Source of the DNA: Pseudomonadales bacterium | GTDB taxonomy: Bacteria; Pseudomonadota; Gammaproteobacteria; Pseudomonadales; Azotimanducaceae | Direction of reading: 5' to 3' | Assembly: GCA_965230005.1 (NCBI GenBank) | Contig: OZ245934.1 | Location: 3,474,906-3,514,905, forward strand | Length of the DNA: 40,000 bases | In this document: piece after piece, positions 1 through 9,557 of the stretch | How positions within the stretch are numbered: position 1 is the stretch's first letter | Layout of the letters: each line of letters starts with the position of its first letter | Notes under the pieces: model-generated | Database searches by the model: none | What the model saw: only the letters and a program-made list of their open reading frames with translations | Told to the model about the DNA's origin: nothing | Program-made: the position numbers and the translations under genes

Positions 1-67
1 CGTTTCCGGGTTACGTCCGGGCAGTCCGACGATCGTCACGGCCCAGGCACCTTGAGGATCGGCCTTC

Positions 68-691
68 TCATCCAGCCCCGCCCTGCATGATCTTCTGATC
101 CTCGCCAAAGGACTTCTGCCACGCCGGCCGCGCTTCCAGACCCGCCCAGTACTCGAGCAGCTCTGGATGCCTGGGGAGGATGGGCATCATCTGAGTGCCC
201 CACATGATGGTGCTGCCGACCATCACGTCGGCCGCGGTGAAGTGATCACCCACGATGAAGGCTCGACCGCTTACCGCATCCGCCAGCACCCGGGCCACGT
301 CTTCCAGCGGCGCGAAGGGTTGATAGTCGATGTGCTCAGGGAGTTCGAGAGTCTCCCAGAGCACGGCGGGTTCTGCGGTCACCGGCGCAAAAAACAGCCA
401 GCGCAGATAAGCGCCGCGTTCCGGAGCGTCGAGGGGCACGCCGAGACCGGCCGCCGGAAAGGCGTCGGCCAGGTAGGCGCAGATGGCCGCAGTCTCAGTG
501 ACCAGCACGTCGCCATGGCGGAGTGCCGGGACCTTGCCCAGGGGATTCACCGCGAGGTATTCGGGGCGTTTGTTGTCTTCTGCCTGCAGATCGAGCAGCT
601 CGATCCGATAGGGTTCTCCAAGCTCTTCGAGCATCCAGTGAGCAACGATCGAGCGGGATGGAACGGCGTGATAGAGTACAAGGTCCGTCAT
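68..691 (-). CDS. glutathione S-transferase
   Basis: 207-aa ORF with ATG start. Thioredoxin-like GST N-domain (NPLGKVPAL, ETAAICAYL). ATGA overlap with the upstream gene. Confidence 0.85.
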   Translation of the reverse strand: MTDLVLYHAVPSRSIVAHWMLEELGEPYRIELLDLQAEDNKRPEYLAVNPLGKVPALRHGDVLVTETAAICAYLADAFPAAGLGVPLDAPERGAYLRWLFFAPVTAEPAVLWETLELPEHIDYQPFAPLEDVARVLADAVSGRAFIVGDHFTAADVMVGSTIMWGTQMMPILPRHPELLEYWAGLEARPAWQKSFGEDQKIMQGGAG

Positions 692-1119
692 TGCTCAGAC
701 GCCTCAGCCGAGGCTCCGGCACGAAGGGTATCCAGCATGCCGGTTTCCGCGTTTACCCACCATTCGTTGCCATCCGGATCCATCGCCGTAAAGCTGTAGG
801 CCACCGGACTTTCCATGAGCGGCTGGGTGATACGGGCGCCGGCGGCAACCGCCTGGTCGTGGAGCCGGTCCACCGCTGCCCGGTCATCGATTCTCAGGGA
901 AAGGCTCGACGGGCCCGCGGGATGTTCGTCTGCTCCGCGGATGTTGATACTGACCTTACCAATGCCCCAATGCAGCTCCGCATGTTCAAGCCTGCCGTCT
1001 GCACCGGGGGCCCGCCATGATTCCAGCAGTCCGAGCGCCTCGGTTGCCCAGTCGACGATGGCCTCGACATCGCTGCTGAACAGGAGCGGAAACAGCTCCC
1101 TGGTCGGTGTTTGCGCCAT
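688..1119 (-). CDS. VOC (glyoxalase/bleomycin-resistance fold) family protein
   Basis: Longest ORF trimmed to ATG 1119, which is preceded by GGAGG. Sequence is VOC-like (call from memory of family features). Confidence 0.65.
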   Translation of the reverse strand: MAQTPTRELFPLLFSSDVEAIVDWATEALGLLESWRAPGADGRLEHAELHWGIGKVSINIRGADEHPAGPSSLSLRIDDRAAVDRLHDQAVAAGARITQPLMESPVAYSFTAMDPDGNEWWVNAETGMLDTLRAGASAEASEQ

Positions 1120-1208
1120 GATTGCCTCCCCCGCAAGCCGCGCTGGCTGCCCATCATCGTAGTACTCGCAGAGGCCCGTGTCTTCTTCGCCGGGCCCCAG
1201 GGCTCTCA

Positions 1209-1448
1209 TCAGCCGGGACCGGGATCCAGATCGATCATGGCCTTACCGGCATGGAGCATTGCGTTGTCGTCAATCGCGTTCTCCGCGAGCCGCATGTCAC
1301 CGAGGGCGGCAAAGGCGTGGGCGCAGCCCCGGGGAATCTCGCGATTGCTGTAGTGCAGCGCCGCAATACGACAGTGGGCGGCGGCGCGGTCCAGCTTCTC
1401 TGCAGCGAGGCGGAACGCCTCTGCCACATCGTCTCTCGGGTCACTCAT
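1209..1448 (-). CDS. hypothetical small protein (79 aa)
   Basis: ATG at 1448 with a GGGAGAG SD. No recognisable domain. Confidence 0.4.
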   Translation of the reverse strand: MSDPRDDVAEAFRLAAEKLDRAAAHCRIAALHYSNREIPRGCAHAFAALGDMRLAENAIDDNAMLHAGKAMIDLDPGPG

Positions 1449-1473
1449 CGGTCTCTCCCTGCGATGAGATGCG

Positions 1474-2007
1474 CTACTGCCGGTCCAGCATCTCCAGTGT
1501 TTCGAAAACAAGCCGGTTCACGAGCGCGGAGCGGGATGGACCATCTTCGATGTAGCGCTTTTCCAGCACGGCATCGTAAGCATCGGAGATCTGCGTCAAA
1601 GTGCCGCTGATTTCGGCCTGATGTTCCTGCGCGTAGTCACGCCAGTGCTCCATGAACACCTGAATGGCCATGAGCTCACCGCCGTCGAGCCAGATCCCGC
1701 AGAGATCGCGGCAGGGATTGACGATGATGTTGCTCGTGCCCTGGTAATTCACTTCGTCGAGGTCACCTTCACAGCGCGGGCAGTTCAGATCCCGCTCTTC
1801 CGGCATCGGCGGCGCGTTGAAGCCCGACAAGCGCTCGAGGACCCGTGCCACCTTGTCCGCCGGCCAGCTCCGGTCACGGGTCTCGACGATGTGTGACAGC
1901 TCTCCATAATCCAGCCACACGCCGCGACAGACCTGGCAGACGTCGATGTCGACACCTTCGTAGGCAACTTCGGCGAGGGATCCGCAACCGTTCGGGCAAG
2001 GGGTCAT
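1474..2007 (-). CDS. tandem zinc-ribbon protein (zf-TFIIB-like)
   Basis: Two CxxC...CxxC units, each followed by W(L)D.GEL (CQVCRGVWLDYGEL; CRDLCGIWLDGGEL). ATG start. Confidence 0.7.
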   Translation of the reverse strand: MTPCPNGCGSLAEVAYEGVDIDVCQVCRGVWLDYGELSHIVETRDRSWPADKVARVLERLSGFNAPPMPEERDLNCPRCEGDLDEVNYQGTSNIIVNPCRDLCGIWLDGGELMAIQVFMEHWRDYAQEHQAEISGTLTQISDAYDAVLEKRYIEDGPSRSALVNRLVFETLEMLDRQ

Positions 2008-2054
2008 GATCGGGTTTCCGCGATGGCTGGGTGGTTCATTCTACCTTCCTGGCT

Positions 2055-2495
2055 TTACCCGGTTTCCCGCCGCGCGGCGGCCTGCCGCTTTTTCAGCGCC
2101 ACCTTGCGCCGGGCGGCTTCGAGCGCTTCCGTGAAGAGGTCAGCGGCGCGATCGATGCTGTCGTCCGTGAGCACGGCTTCGATCTTAGGGAAGTTCTGGT
2201 AGTAGCGCGTGCCCGCACGGTCCCGCTTCAGAAAGCCGCAGTCCACGAGGTAGCGCCGCAGGGTGACATGATCTACCCGCTCCGAGAGCGGCGACAGCAG
2301 CCCCTGGAGCTCGTCGTTCAGTTCTCTTTCTCCATAGGGGTAGCGGCGGTGCAGGCCCGCGGCGAGGAGCGCGAGCAGCGGGTCGCGCAGCCTGGGGTTC
2401 CTGGGAATCCGCTGCAGACGACCTTCCGGAAGCACCTTCTCGAGTACGTCGAGAGCGTCCTCCGGGGTCAGTCGCGCCGGGGCCTTACCCGTCAT
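2055..2495 (-). CDS. DUF2087-like protein
   Basis: 146 aa with ATG start. RYPYGERELNDEL...VTLRRYLVDCGFLKRD resembles DUF2087. Confidence 0.6.
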   Translation of the reverse strand: MTGKAPARLTPEDALDVLEKVLPEGRLQRIPRNPRLRDPLLALLAAGLHRRYPYGERELNDELQGLLSPLSERVDHVTLRRYLVDCGFLKRDRAGTRYYQNFPKIEAVLTDDSIDRAADLFTEALEAARRKVALKKRQAAARRETG

Positions 2496-2512
2496 CTGTC
2501 GACCCTTCAGCC

Positions 2513-2902
2513 TCAGGCTGCCGACGCCACGGCCTCAGCGCCAAGCTCCGGACCCCGGAGATAGCAGAACAGGACGGCGGCGAGCAGGATCGGCGGCCCG
2601 AAGGAGACCAGGGCATACACGTCCTGAGCGATGAGCGGGCTGATGGCGACGAGAAACAGCGCATAGCCAAGCAGATAGCGGGTGTGCGTGTAGCCGAGAC
2701 GCTTCAGAACGAGGTACCCGGGAAGCCCGAGAAAGACCCCGAGCACGTAGCAGAGAATCGTCAGCATCAGAATGACGGCCGCAAACTGGCTCGCGCTCAG
2801 GTTCAGCCAGAACAGAAACGGCAGGACACCGAGCACGCCCCCCAGCGGAGCCAGCAGCATGGCCTTACGCACCTTTCGTGGATCGTAGTTCGCGCCCGCC
2901 AT
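2513..2902 (-). CDS. small integral membrane protein
   Basis: 129 aa, ATG with GAGGGG SD, several hydrophobic helices. Confidence 0.6.
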   Translation of the reverse strand: MAGANYDPRKVRKAMLLAPLGGVLGVLPFLFWLNLSASQFAAVILMLTILCYVLGVFLGLPGYLVLKRLGYTHTRYLLGYALFLVAISPLIAQDVYALVSFGPPILLAAVLFCYLRGPELGAEAVASAA

Positions 2903-2961
2903 GTCCCCTCATCTGCAGCAACAACAGCCCGCTAGGGTAGCGATTCACGGGAGCCGATGCA

Positions 2962-3414
2962 TCAGAGGCCATCAGGCGGGCGGGCGACGTACCCGGTTTT
3001 ATCGTCCGGGGAAAAGCCACAGGCCCGATAAAAGGCATGGGTGGCAGGCTGCCGTGAACCGGTCTGCAGCATCGCTTTGTAGCAACCCTGGGCCCAGGCT
3101 GCCTCCAGCACGCCGGCCATGAGCGCTTTCCCATAGCCCTGGCCGCGGACCGCTGAGTCAGTCACCACGTTTTCGATAATGGCGTAAGGACGAGCGCCGC
3201 GGGTCACGTTCGGAACGACATTGAGATAGGCCGTCGCGAGCACCCGCCCCCGGTCTTCGAGGAGATAGAGCGTCAGCCAGTCCGAGGCGAAAATCGTCTC
3301 GAAGACAGCGAGGTCACTGCCGTCTTCGAGCACCGGATCGTTCGGGTGCAGCTGCCCGTAGAGTCTCAAGAGCGCGGGAACGTCCGGAGCCAACGCTTTC
3401 CGCACCGTGCTCAT
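2962..3414 (-). CDS. GNAT family N-acetyltransferase
   Basis: 150 aa. Acetyl-CoA motif A (VRGQGYGKALM). ATGA overlap with the upstream gene. Confidence 0.85.
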   Translation of the reverse strand: MSTVRKALAPDVPALLRLYGQLHPNDPVLEDGSDLAVFETIFASDWLTLYLLEDRGRVLATAYLNVVPNVTRGARPYAIIENVVTDSAVRGQGYGKALMAGVLEAAWAQGCYKAMLQTGSRQPATHAFYRACGFSPDDKTGYVARPPDGL

Positions 3415-4049
3415 GGTTCGAATCCGGGCGGTGCTTCAGAGAGGCGCCGCGGCAGGGCCAAGCGACGCACGGCGATGAACAGCGCCAGCAGCAGGCAGGC
3501 GCCACCCACCGCCGCCGGGAACAACACCGTCGTCCAGGAGTAGTGCTCGAGGGCAATGACCACGAAACCATTGCGCAAGCCGCCGAGGGCAAAGAACCCG
3601 GGATGCTCCTCAAAGGGGCGCCGGTAGGCCTTGCGCAACGTTGGTCCAAAGCCGAGGAGATCGGCTGCGGTGAGAAACACCACGGCCCAGAGCGGATCCG
3701 CGGCCAGGGCCCAGGCGGGCAGGGCGAGCACGGCGAGGGAAAACAGCACCCAGTCAGCGCCGTCGATGCTCACGTCCGCGCGCAGGCGCCAGGCCAGAAA
3801 GGCAACGTAGCCGGTGATACAGGCAGACAGGCCAATCGGCCAGGCGCCGATCCCCGCACCACCCGCCAGCTGCGCCGCAAAGACCACGAAGGTGCCGAAG
3901 GTCCAGACCATCCAGGAGAACGCATGGGGAAGGGTCTGGCCCCGATGGATGGAGCGGATATAGCCGAAGAAGAGCAGGAAGGTGAGCGCAAACGCCACGG
4001 CGCTGGCGCTTTCCTTCAGGTAGGGGAGCTCAGACCCCGCGATCTCCAT
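3411..4049 (-). CDS. integral membrane protein, unknown function
   Basis: 212 aa, multi-helix hydrophobic profile, ATG start. Confidence 0.6.
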   Translation of the reverse strand: MEIAGSELPYLKESASAVAFALTFLLFFGYIRSIHRGQTLPHAFSWMVWTFGTFVVFAAQLAGGAGIGAWPIGLSACITGYVAFLAWRLRADVSIDGADWVLFSLAVLALPAWALAADPLWAVVFLTAADLLGFGPTLRKAYRRPFEEHPGFFALGGLRNGFVVIALEHYSWTTVLFPAAVGGACLLLALFIAVRRLALPRRLSEAPPGFEP

Positions 4050-4408
4050 CAGGCGTTCCGAAGGATATAGCAGCAGGCGGAAATCCGGTCCCCGTCGCCG
4101 AGCCGCGCCTCGACGGCCACCCGCTCGTACTCCGCCCCTTCGAAGGCATCGAGCTCCGGCCAGAACTCGGCCAGATCTGCCGATTCGAAGACCTGGCCCT
4201 GCACTTCGTCACCCTGGTCATCGAGGATCAGGCCGGGATAACCCATGGCTGCCCCCCAGCCCGCCTCACGCAGGATTCCCCGGATGGAGGCAGGCCGCCA
4301 GCGGCCGTCGAGCTTCGCGAGCACGTGCTCGTTCGGACCACCCGGCTGCAGAGAGCCATAGACGAAGAGCCGGTCAGGGAAGGCCGGCGATGGGCCAGCA
4401 TCGCTCAA
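4049..4408 (-). CDS. gamma-glutamylcyclotransferase (AIG2/GGCT)-like protein
   Basis: YGSLQPGG motif region. The 228-aa track ORF overlaps the DUF1801 gene by 330 nt, so the start is placed at TTG 4408 (TTGA overlap with the upstream stop). Start uncertain. Confidence 0.55.
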   Translation of the reverse strand: MSDAGPSPAFPDRLFVYGSLQPGGPNEHVLAKLDGRWRPASIRGILREAGWGAAMGYPGLILDDQGDEVQGQVFESADLAEFWPELDAFEGAEYERVAVEARLGDGDRISACCYILRNA

Positions 4409-4980
4409 GTGCCAGTTCCCGTTCGGGTCGACTTCCTGCCCGCCTGCTGCTTCCGTGGCTGCTGTTTCCGCAGGCGCTTTTTGCGCAGGTGATAGGTGAG
4501 GGCAAGAGCCAGGCAGCGTTCGAGCGCATCTTCCGGCAGCGGCTCGGCCACGGGGAAAGTGAGCGCGCGATTGCCCTCGAAGGTGAGTTCGGGGAAGAGC
4601 GAACGAAAGGTGTCTACCAGATCTGTCTGGCAGTTGAAGTAGAGGGCTGCCTGCTCGGGCGCTTTCGCCTTCCAGCCCATGCGAACGGTGCTGCCGGAGC
4701 CGCTCTGCTCTGTGAGATAGGCGGGCTCTCCCCACTTCAGGGTTTCCGTGAGCGGGCCCACTCCGTCGAGCCGCGCGGCGCTGGCAAAGACGAGGTCACG
4801 GACCTTGAGGAGCTTATCGCGGGCCGGGGCCGGAAACGCGTCGAAGGCCGCCCGCACGTCTGCCGGCATGGCAGGGTGCTTCGACGCTCGCCGGCGCCCT
4901 GGAGCACCTACGCTGCCCTTCCTCCTCGTCCGGGTCTCTGGCCCGGTCTTCCGAGCGGCTTTACTGCTGGCTGGGGTCAT
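4405..4980 (-). CDS. DUF1801-like protein
   Basis: 191 aa with ATG start. LKWGEPAYL...ALYFNCQT region typical of the DUF1801/YdhG-like family. Basic tails at both ends. Confidence 0.6.
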   Translation of the reverse strand: MTPASSKAARKTGPETRTRRKGSVGAPGRRRASKHPAMPADVRAAFDAFPAPARDKLLKVRDLVFASAARLDGVGPLTETLKWGEPAYLTEQSGSGSTVRMGWKAKAPEQAALYFNCQTDLVDTFRSLFPELTFEGNRALTFPVAEPLPEDALERCLALALTYHLRKKRLRKQQPRKQQAGRKSTRTGTGT

Positions 4981-4985
4981 GGCAC

Positions 4986-5324
4986 TCAGTCTCCATCGTA
5001 GGCGTCCGTATCGCGCTTTCGCGCTACCCGCCGCCAGGATTGTTCCAGCAGGCGCAGAAAGCGGTCTTCCTCCACCGTCGGTCGAACGAGTACCGCCGGG
5101 TAACCCGCATAGTGATCGGTGATATAGAAGGCCATGGGGTCCTCGGCGATGAGGGCCTGCTGTTCGTCGACGCTGTTGAGGAGCATCACGATGGCATCTT
5201 CCTTCTGATGCATGCGCAGCACCAGCTTCTTGGCCACTTTCAGCGCCGGTGTGCCGTAGGAGGTGCTCGCTTCAATGCCGGGAAAGGCCTTGGCCAGTTG
5301 TCGGATCCGATCAAAGCTCAACAT
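4986..5324 (-). CDS. MmcQ/YjbR family protein
   Basis: ATG 5324 with GGGGAG SD. SYGTPALKV..K.F..... and FYITDHYAGYPAVLV are typical of the YjbR fold. Confidence 0.7.
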   Translation of the reverse strand: MLSFDRIRQLAKAFPGIEASTSYGTPALKVAKKLVLRMHQKEDAIVMLLNSVDEQQALIAEDPMAFYITDHYAGYPAVLVRPTVEEDRFLRLLEQSWRRVARKRDTDAYDGD

Positions 5325-5838
5325 CGGTACTCCCCGCCGCCAGTGTACGCAGCTCATGGATCAGGTCGTCACTCGCCCGCCGGATCTGCGCCGAGCAAGG
5401 CACAAACTCCAGGGGCGCCTCAGGGTCGGTGAAGATCAGATAGCTTCGTCCGGGCACGAAGGCAGGTTCACAAACGCCGCGTACGCGGGAGTCTTCAAAG
5501 GGCGAATGGTAAATGGCCGTTCCGGTGGCAGCGAGCTCTGGAGGCAGTGAGCCGCGCCAGCTTTCGAGCACCTGCAGGAAGATGCGGAAACGGGTCTCCT
5601 GATTGTGGCGCGGTTCCGGTGTGATTGGCCGGGCATCGGTGACGACGGCAAGCGCCACCAACGCGTGACGGGCATACAGTTCAGCCAGGGTAGCTTCGTA
5701 GTCACAGGCACACCCCAGGCTCTGCGAGGCTGGTGGGCCAACGCCGAGCGATGGCGAAGTTCGAGGCGAATCCGGCGTTCGATCGCAGCCCAGCAGCGCA
5801 AACCCCACGGCAAGCAGCAGCGCCTTGCGCCGCCTCAC
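5311..5838 (-). CDS. putative lipoprotein
   Basis: GTG start in a GTGA overlap. Signal peptide with lipobox (LLAVGFALLGC). Confidence 0.55.
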   Translation of the reverse strand: MRRRKALLLAVGFALLGCDRTPDSPRTSPSLGVGPPASQSLGCACDYEATLAELYARHALVALAVVTDARPITPEPRHNQETRFRIFLQVLESWRGSLPPELAATGTAIYHSPFEDSRVRGVCEPAFVPGRSYLIFTDPEAPLEFVPCSAQIRRASDDLIHELRTLAAGSTDVEL

Positions 5839-6272
5839 GAGTCAGGCACCTGCCGCAACCGGCGAAGGCTCAGCTTGTCCAGCTGCGGCAACTCGTCCGC
5901 AATCTCATGCCAGGGTGCTTTGTGCTCCACGTAAATGTGTCGATCCGGGCGTCGCTTCGGGTCGCCATCGAGGAGCCCCGCGGCGAGTTCGAACCAATCG
6001 CCATCGGCTTCGGGATCTGGAACCGGCGAACCGCAGACACGGCAGAAAGTCACGCGGTACGCCGGAGGTTCCTCGAGGAGCGGTGCTTCATAACTTCTGA
6101 CCAGATCCTCACCGGAGAGCCAGCGGAACTGCGACCGGCGAACACCGATGCCGGCCATGAAAGCGGTGCCGGAAACCTTACGGCAGCGGTTGCAGTGGCA
6201 AAGCTCGAAAGGGCCGACAAAGGCCTCGACTTCGAAGCGGACCGCACCGCACAGGCAGCCACCGGTGATCAC
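5835..6272 (-). CDS. GFA (CENP-V/glutathione-dependent formaldehyde-activating) family protein
   Basis: CLCGAVRF...CHCNRCRK...CRVCGSP zinc-cysteine pattern. GTGA overlap with the upstream paralog. Confidence 0.8.
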   Translation of the reverse strand: MITGGCLCGAVRFEVEAFVGPFELCHCNRCRKVSGTAFMAGIGVRRSQFRWLSGEDLVRSYEAPLLEEPPAYRVTFCRVCGSPVPDPEADGDWFELAAGLLDGDPKRRPDRHIYVEHKAPWHEIADELPQLDKLSLRRLRQVPDS

Positions 6273-6733
6273 GACCCGGCTCCCTGCGGATCCTGCGGCG
6301 TCTTCTGGCGGGATCCGGGGATCGCCACCGCCGCCGGCTCCGGCCAGGCCGCAAACTGCGGCACGCCGTCGGGGATGTCGTGCCAGGGGGCCTTCTCAGC
6401 CGTGAATATGTGCGCCGCCGGTGGCTCGGAGAAGGCAGAGTCGAGAGAACCCAGGCGCACGCGGACGAGGTCCGGGTTTGCGCCGACTTTGTTGAAGAGC
6501 GGGGATCCGCAGCGCGAACAGAAGTAGCGGCGCTTGCCCGGCGAAGACTCGAAACTCGAGAGCAGCGCTTCCCCGGCGGTGATCTCGAAACTCGCTGCGG
6601 GCACCGCCACATTCGCCGCGAACGCGCTGCCGCTCGCCTTGCGGCAGCTCGCGCAGTGGCAGTGAACGTAGGCGCCAACGATGTCCGCCGCCTGATAGCA
6701 CACGCTGCCGCAAAGACAGGATCCAGAAATCAT
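6269..6733 (-). CDS. GFA family protein
   Basis: CLCGSV...CHCASCRK...CSRCGSP. ATG start, ATGA overlap upstream. Confidence 0.8.
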   Translation of the reverse strand: MISGSCLCGSVCYQAADIVGAYVHCHCASCRKASGSAFAANVAVPAASFEITAGEALLSSFESSPGKRRYFCSRCGSPLFNKVGANPDLVRVRLGSLDSAFSEPPAAHIFTAEKAPWHDIPDGVPQFAAWPEPAAVAIPGSRQKTPQDPQGAGS

Positions 6734-7290
6734 TCAGCATCCTCCGATGCGCCGTCTCGGGCTCTCAGCGCATCAACAATCACCGCCGCTGCTGCCTCGG
6801 GCTGCATGACGGTTGTATCGATCTGCAGGGCTGGCTCCGGCAGGCCCGCGTAGTCAAAGCCGCCGGCTGCCTCGATCGTCTGATAGAGGCTGGCATCGGT
6901 CAGCTTGCCGAAGGCTTTGCGGCTCGGCGCATCGAGGCGCTCGAGGACCGTCTCCCGGGCACAAAGCAGCTCAACCAAAAACACCGATCCCTTCTCCCCT
7001 TCGATCGTTTCTATGAGCTCCTGTACCAGGCCGGTTTCCACTGTCGCTTCCGGGTGAAAGGTGAACACGAAAGCCGTGCCGCTCCGCGCGGCCTCCCGAA
7101 AGGCCGTGCGCCAGATGGCAGCCCGTACGGCTTTGAATCCTTCGGAACCGAACTCAAAGAGACTGAGGGCCAGATCCACGGTCAGATGGTTGTGGAACAG
7201 CGGAATCTCGAGGGCATCGGCGACCCGCGAACCAATGGTGAACTTTCCCGCCGCCGCGGGGCCGTAGATGAACACGACACGCGCCGCCAC
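6730..7290 (-). CDS. P-loop ATPase/small-molecule kinase-like protein
   Basis: Walker A GPAAAGK near the N-terminus. GTG start. 186 aa. Confidence 0.65.
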   Translation of the reverse strand: MAARVVFIYGPAAAGKFTIGSRVADALEIPLFHNHLTVDLALSLFEFGSEGFKAVRAAIWRTAFREAARSGTAFVFTFHPEATVETGLVQELIETIEGEKGSVFLVELLCARETVLERLDAPSRKAFGKLTDASLYQTIEAAGGFDYAGLPEPALQIDTTVMQPEAAAAVIVDALRARDGASEDAE

Positions 7291-7299
7291 GACCCGAGC

Positions 7300-7716
7300 C
7301 TACCGGTGCCCGGCCGCAAGACGGCGCTGCATGTCTTCGTACGCCGCGTTGATCAATCGTTCGAGTGCGGCGTCACCCTCACTCATAGCGAGCCGGCGCT
7401 TGACGTGGCGCATGAAGCGCCCGGTCCCTTCGAGAATACCGTCCGGGTCGGGCAGTTCCGCACCCCGGAAGAACCCGACGTTCACATGCGCTTTGAATAC
7501 GTTGACGTAGCCAAAGGCTGCTTCTCCGATACACGCCGTCGGATGATCATCGTGAAGGAGGTCCACCACGTCGTCGCCAGCCGCGCGCAGGGTTTCGAAC
7601 CAGCGCCTGCCGAGGGCGGCGAGGTCGCCGGGCCGTTCCGCGAACCATTCGTCCACCGCGCGGTGGTAACGCTCACCGCCGGAGAGCAGAAAGAGACGCT
7701 CGGGATCCATTGTCAT
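7300..7716 (-). CDS. DUF1801-like protein
   Basis: 138 aa. HVNVGFFRGAELPDP...GRFMRHVK is typical of DUF1801. Confidence 0.6.
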   Translation of the reverse strand: MTMDPERLFLLSGGERYHRAVDEWFAERPGDLAALGRRWFETLRAAGDDVVDLLHDDHPTACIGEAAFGYVNVFKAHVNVGFFRGAELPDPDGILEGTGRFMRHVKRRLAMSEGDAALERLINAAYEDMQRRLAAGHR

Positions 7717-7773
7717 TGGCAGTCTTCCCCGTTCTGAGCTGAACCGGCATCGAGCCTCCGGGTGGCCGTGGCC

Positions 7774-8361
7774 TCACTGCCGATGCTCTACCCATGCCAG
7801 GCAGTCGGCAACCGCCCGCGCCGATTCGAGGTGCAACACCTCGAGCGGCTGATAGTCCGCATAGTACTCAGGATCCCGGTAGCGCACCCGGTTCGACGAG
7901 TGATGCTGCATGGCCCAGAGAACGATGGAATCCCGGGAAAAAAACGACTGGCCAAGCGTTTCCCGGTTGCCGGTGCCGGGCCAGAGCTCCTCGCCGCTCA
8001 GGCTCCGGCGGAGCGTTCGCGCCGTGACCCGGCCGATCGTCTGCAGAAAGGGCAGATCGATGAAGACCACAACGTCGACCCTGGCCCATTTGATCGGTCG
8101 CGACCGGCTGTAATTGCCATCGAGCACCCAGTCATCACCGGCCACGGCGGCCTCCAGCTTCGGGAAGAACTCGTCGTCGGCGGCCTCAGTCCAGTCCGGC
8201 TTCCAGAAGAGGGCGTCCATCTCGATACAGGGGAGCTTCCTGGCCGCCGCGAGCCGCTTGGCAAAGGTCGTTTTGCCACTCCCGGCAGTCCCCACCACGT
8301 TGATCCGCCGGGCATGCGTCAGCACCTCGACGTTCTGCGTCAGGAGCCTGTGGTCACTCAC
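7774..8361 (-). CDS. P-loop kinase (adenylate kinase/topology-modulation-like)
   Basis: Walker A GTAGSGKTT. GTG start in a GTGA overlap with the upstream HIT gene. Confidence 0.7.
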   Translation of the reverse strand: MSDHRLLTQNVEVLTHARRINVVGTAGSGKTTFAKRLAAARKLPCIEMDALFWKPDWTEAADDEFFPKLEAAVAGDDWVLDGNYSRSRPIKWARVDVVVFIDLPFLQTIGRVTARTLRRSLSGEELWPGTGNRETLGQSFFSRDSIVLWAMQHHSSNRVRYRDPEYYADYQPLEVLHLESARAVADCLAWVEHRQ

Positions 8362-8885
8362 CGCGCGGCGCCGTCATACTCATCGTGCAGCACCGCCCTG
8401 AGGGCATCGGCATAACGTCGCAGGTCCTGCTCCGGGACCTGAACGGCGCCATGCTCATGCATGAGCGCATGGAACTGCTGCTCGGCCAGTGGCAGGCCAG
8501 CCGGCAGTGGTACGACATGCCAGTGCACGTGGGCATTTGCGGCCTGACTGCCGAGACTCAACACATAAACCCGCTCCGGTTGCAGCACCTTGCGCATGGC
8601 CTCCGCAACCCGATAGACCAGCTGTTGCAGGCGCAGATAGGCGGACTCATCAAAATCCCCCGTGACCTGCTCGCGATGCGCAACTGGCGCCACCATGACC
8701 CGACCGAAAATGGTGGGGTAACGATCCAGGAACACCACCGCCGCGTCGTCCCTGTGTACTTCGACGTGCGCGTAATCCGGGTTCCCGGAGAGAGATTCGC
8801 AGATGAAACAGCGCCGGCCGGTGGCTCGCGACACCAGAGTATCCACCTGAAAGGGGGTACGTTCGTAAGGACCGAACTCAGCCAT
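8358..8885 (-). CDS. HIT family protein
   Basis: Histidine triad HVHWHVVP. Start is ATG 8885 or GTG 8894. Confidence 0.8.
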   Translation of the reverse strand: MAEFGPYERTPFQVDTLVSRATGRRCFICESLSGNPDYAHVEVHRDDAAVVFLDRYPTIFGRVMVAPVAHREQVTGDFDESAYLRLQQLVYRVAEAMRKVLQPERVYVLSLGSQAANAHVHWHVVPLPAGLPLAEQQFHALMHEHGAVQVPEQDLRRYADALRAVLHDEYDGAAR

Positions 8886-8936
8886 GGTAGTCACGCATTC
8901 CGAAGGCCACTGAAGAAGTCCGGCGGCGTTGCGGGA

Positions 8937-9506
8937 TCAGCCACTGCTTTTACCGTCCGCCGCGGGCTGGGTGAGCCTCGCCAATAAAAAGTCGCATCGC
9001 GCATCGATCGGTCCGAGCGGTACTTCTTCCAGGGTGTAGCCACAGGCCGCGTACCACGCCTTGACCGAGTGAAACACCTGCACGGCTTCGGGAAAGGTCT
9101 GATCGCGTTCCGAGTCTGTCCGGTAGATGTCCGGCCAGGGCGGAAACAGGAAGACCGGATCGTGATAGGGGTATTCCTGCAGCAAACGGTCTCTTCGCTC
9201 ATCGCTGAGGACGCCGAGCTGCGCCAGGCCGCCCAGGGCGTCGAGCAGGCTTCGATCGAAAAAGACGAGCGCAGCACTGCTTGCCTCTGCGTGCGCATAG
9301 TTGCGGAGGTCCTCTTCGAGGATGGTTTCGGCAAACGCCTGCGGCGCCGGCCGCGGGCTCAGGCCACGGGCCTTGCGCTCGGCAATCACCTTGCGGGCAA
9401 CTTCGTCCACCACAGCATAGCCCCGCTGCCGCAGCGCCTCGAGCACGGCGGTTTTTCCGGCTCCGGGGCCACCGGTGAAAACGACCTTACGCTGCCCGGC
9501 CTTCAT
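8937..9506 (-). CDS. AAA/P-loop ATPase (AAA_28-like)
   Basis: Walker A GGPGAGKT. ATG start. 189 aa. Confidence 0.7.
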   Translation of the reverse strand: MKAGQRKVVFTGGPGAGKTAVLEALRQRGYAVVDEVARKVIAERKARGLSPRPAPQAFAETILEEDLRNYAHAEASSAALVFFDRSLLDALGGLAQLGVLSDERRDRLLQEYPYHDPVFLFPPWPDIYRTDSERDQTFPEAVQVFHSVKAWYAACGYTLEEVPLGPIDARCDFLLARLTQPAADGKSSG

Positions 9507-9557
9507 CAGCGCACCTTTCCTTCAGGGGTTCCTGATAGCGGGCCACCTGCCTCCGCT

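Noticed and set aside
4409-4735. N-terminal 109 residues of the 228-aa ORF 4049..4735
   Set aside because: This part is Arg/Pro/Ser-rich and low complexity, and it fully overlaps the DUF1801-like gene in another frame. Only the C-terminal GGCT-like part was kept.
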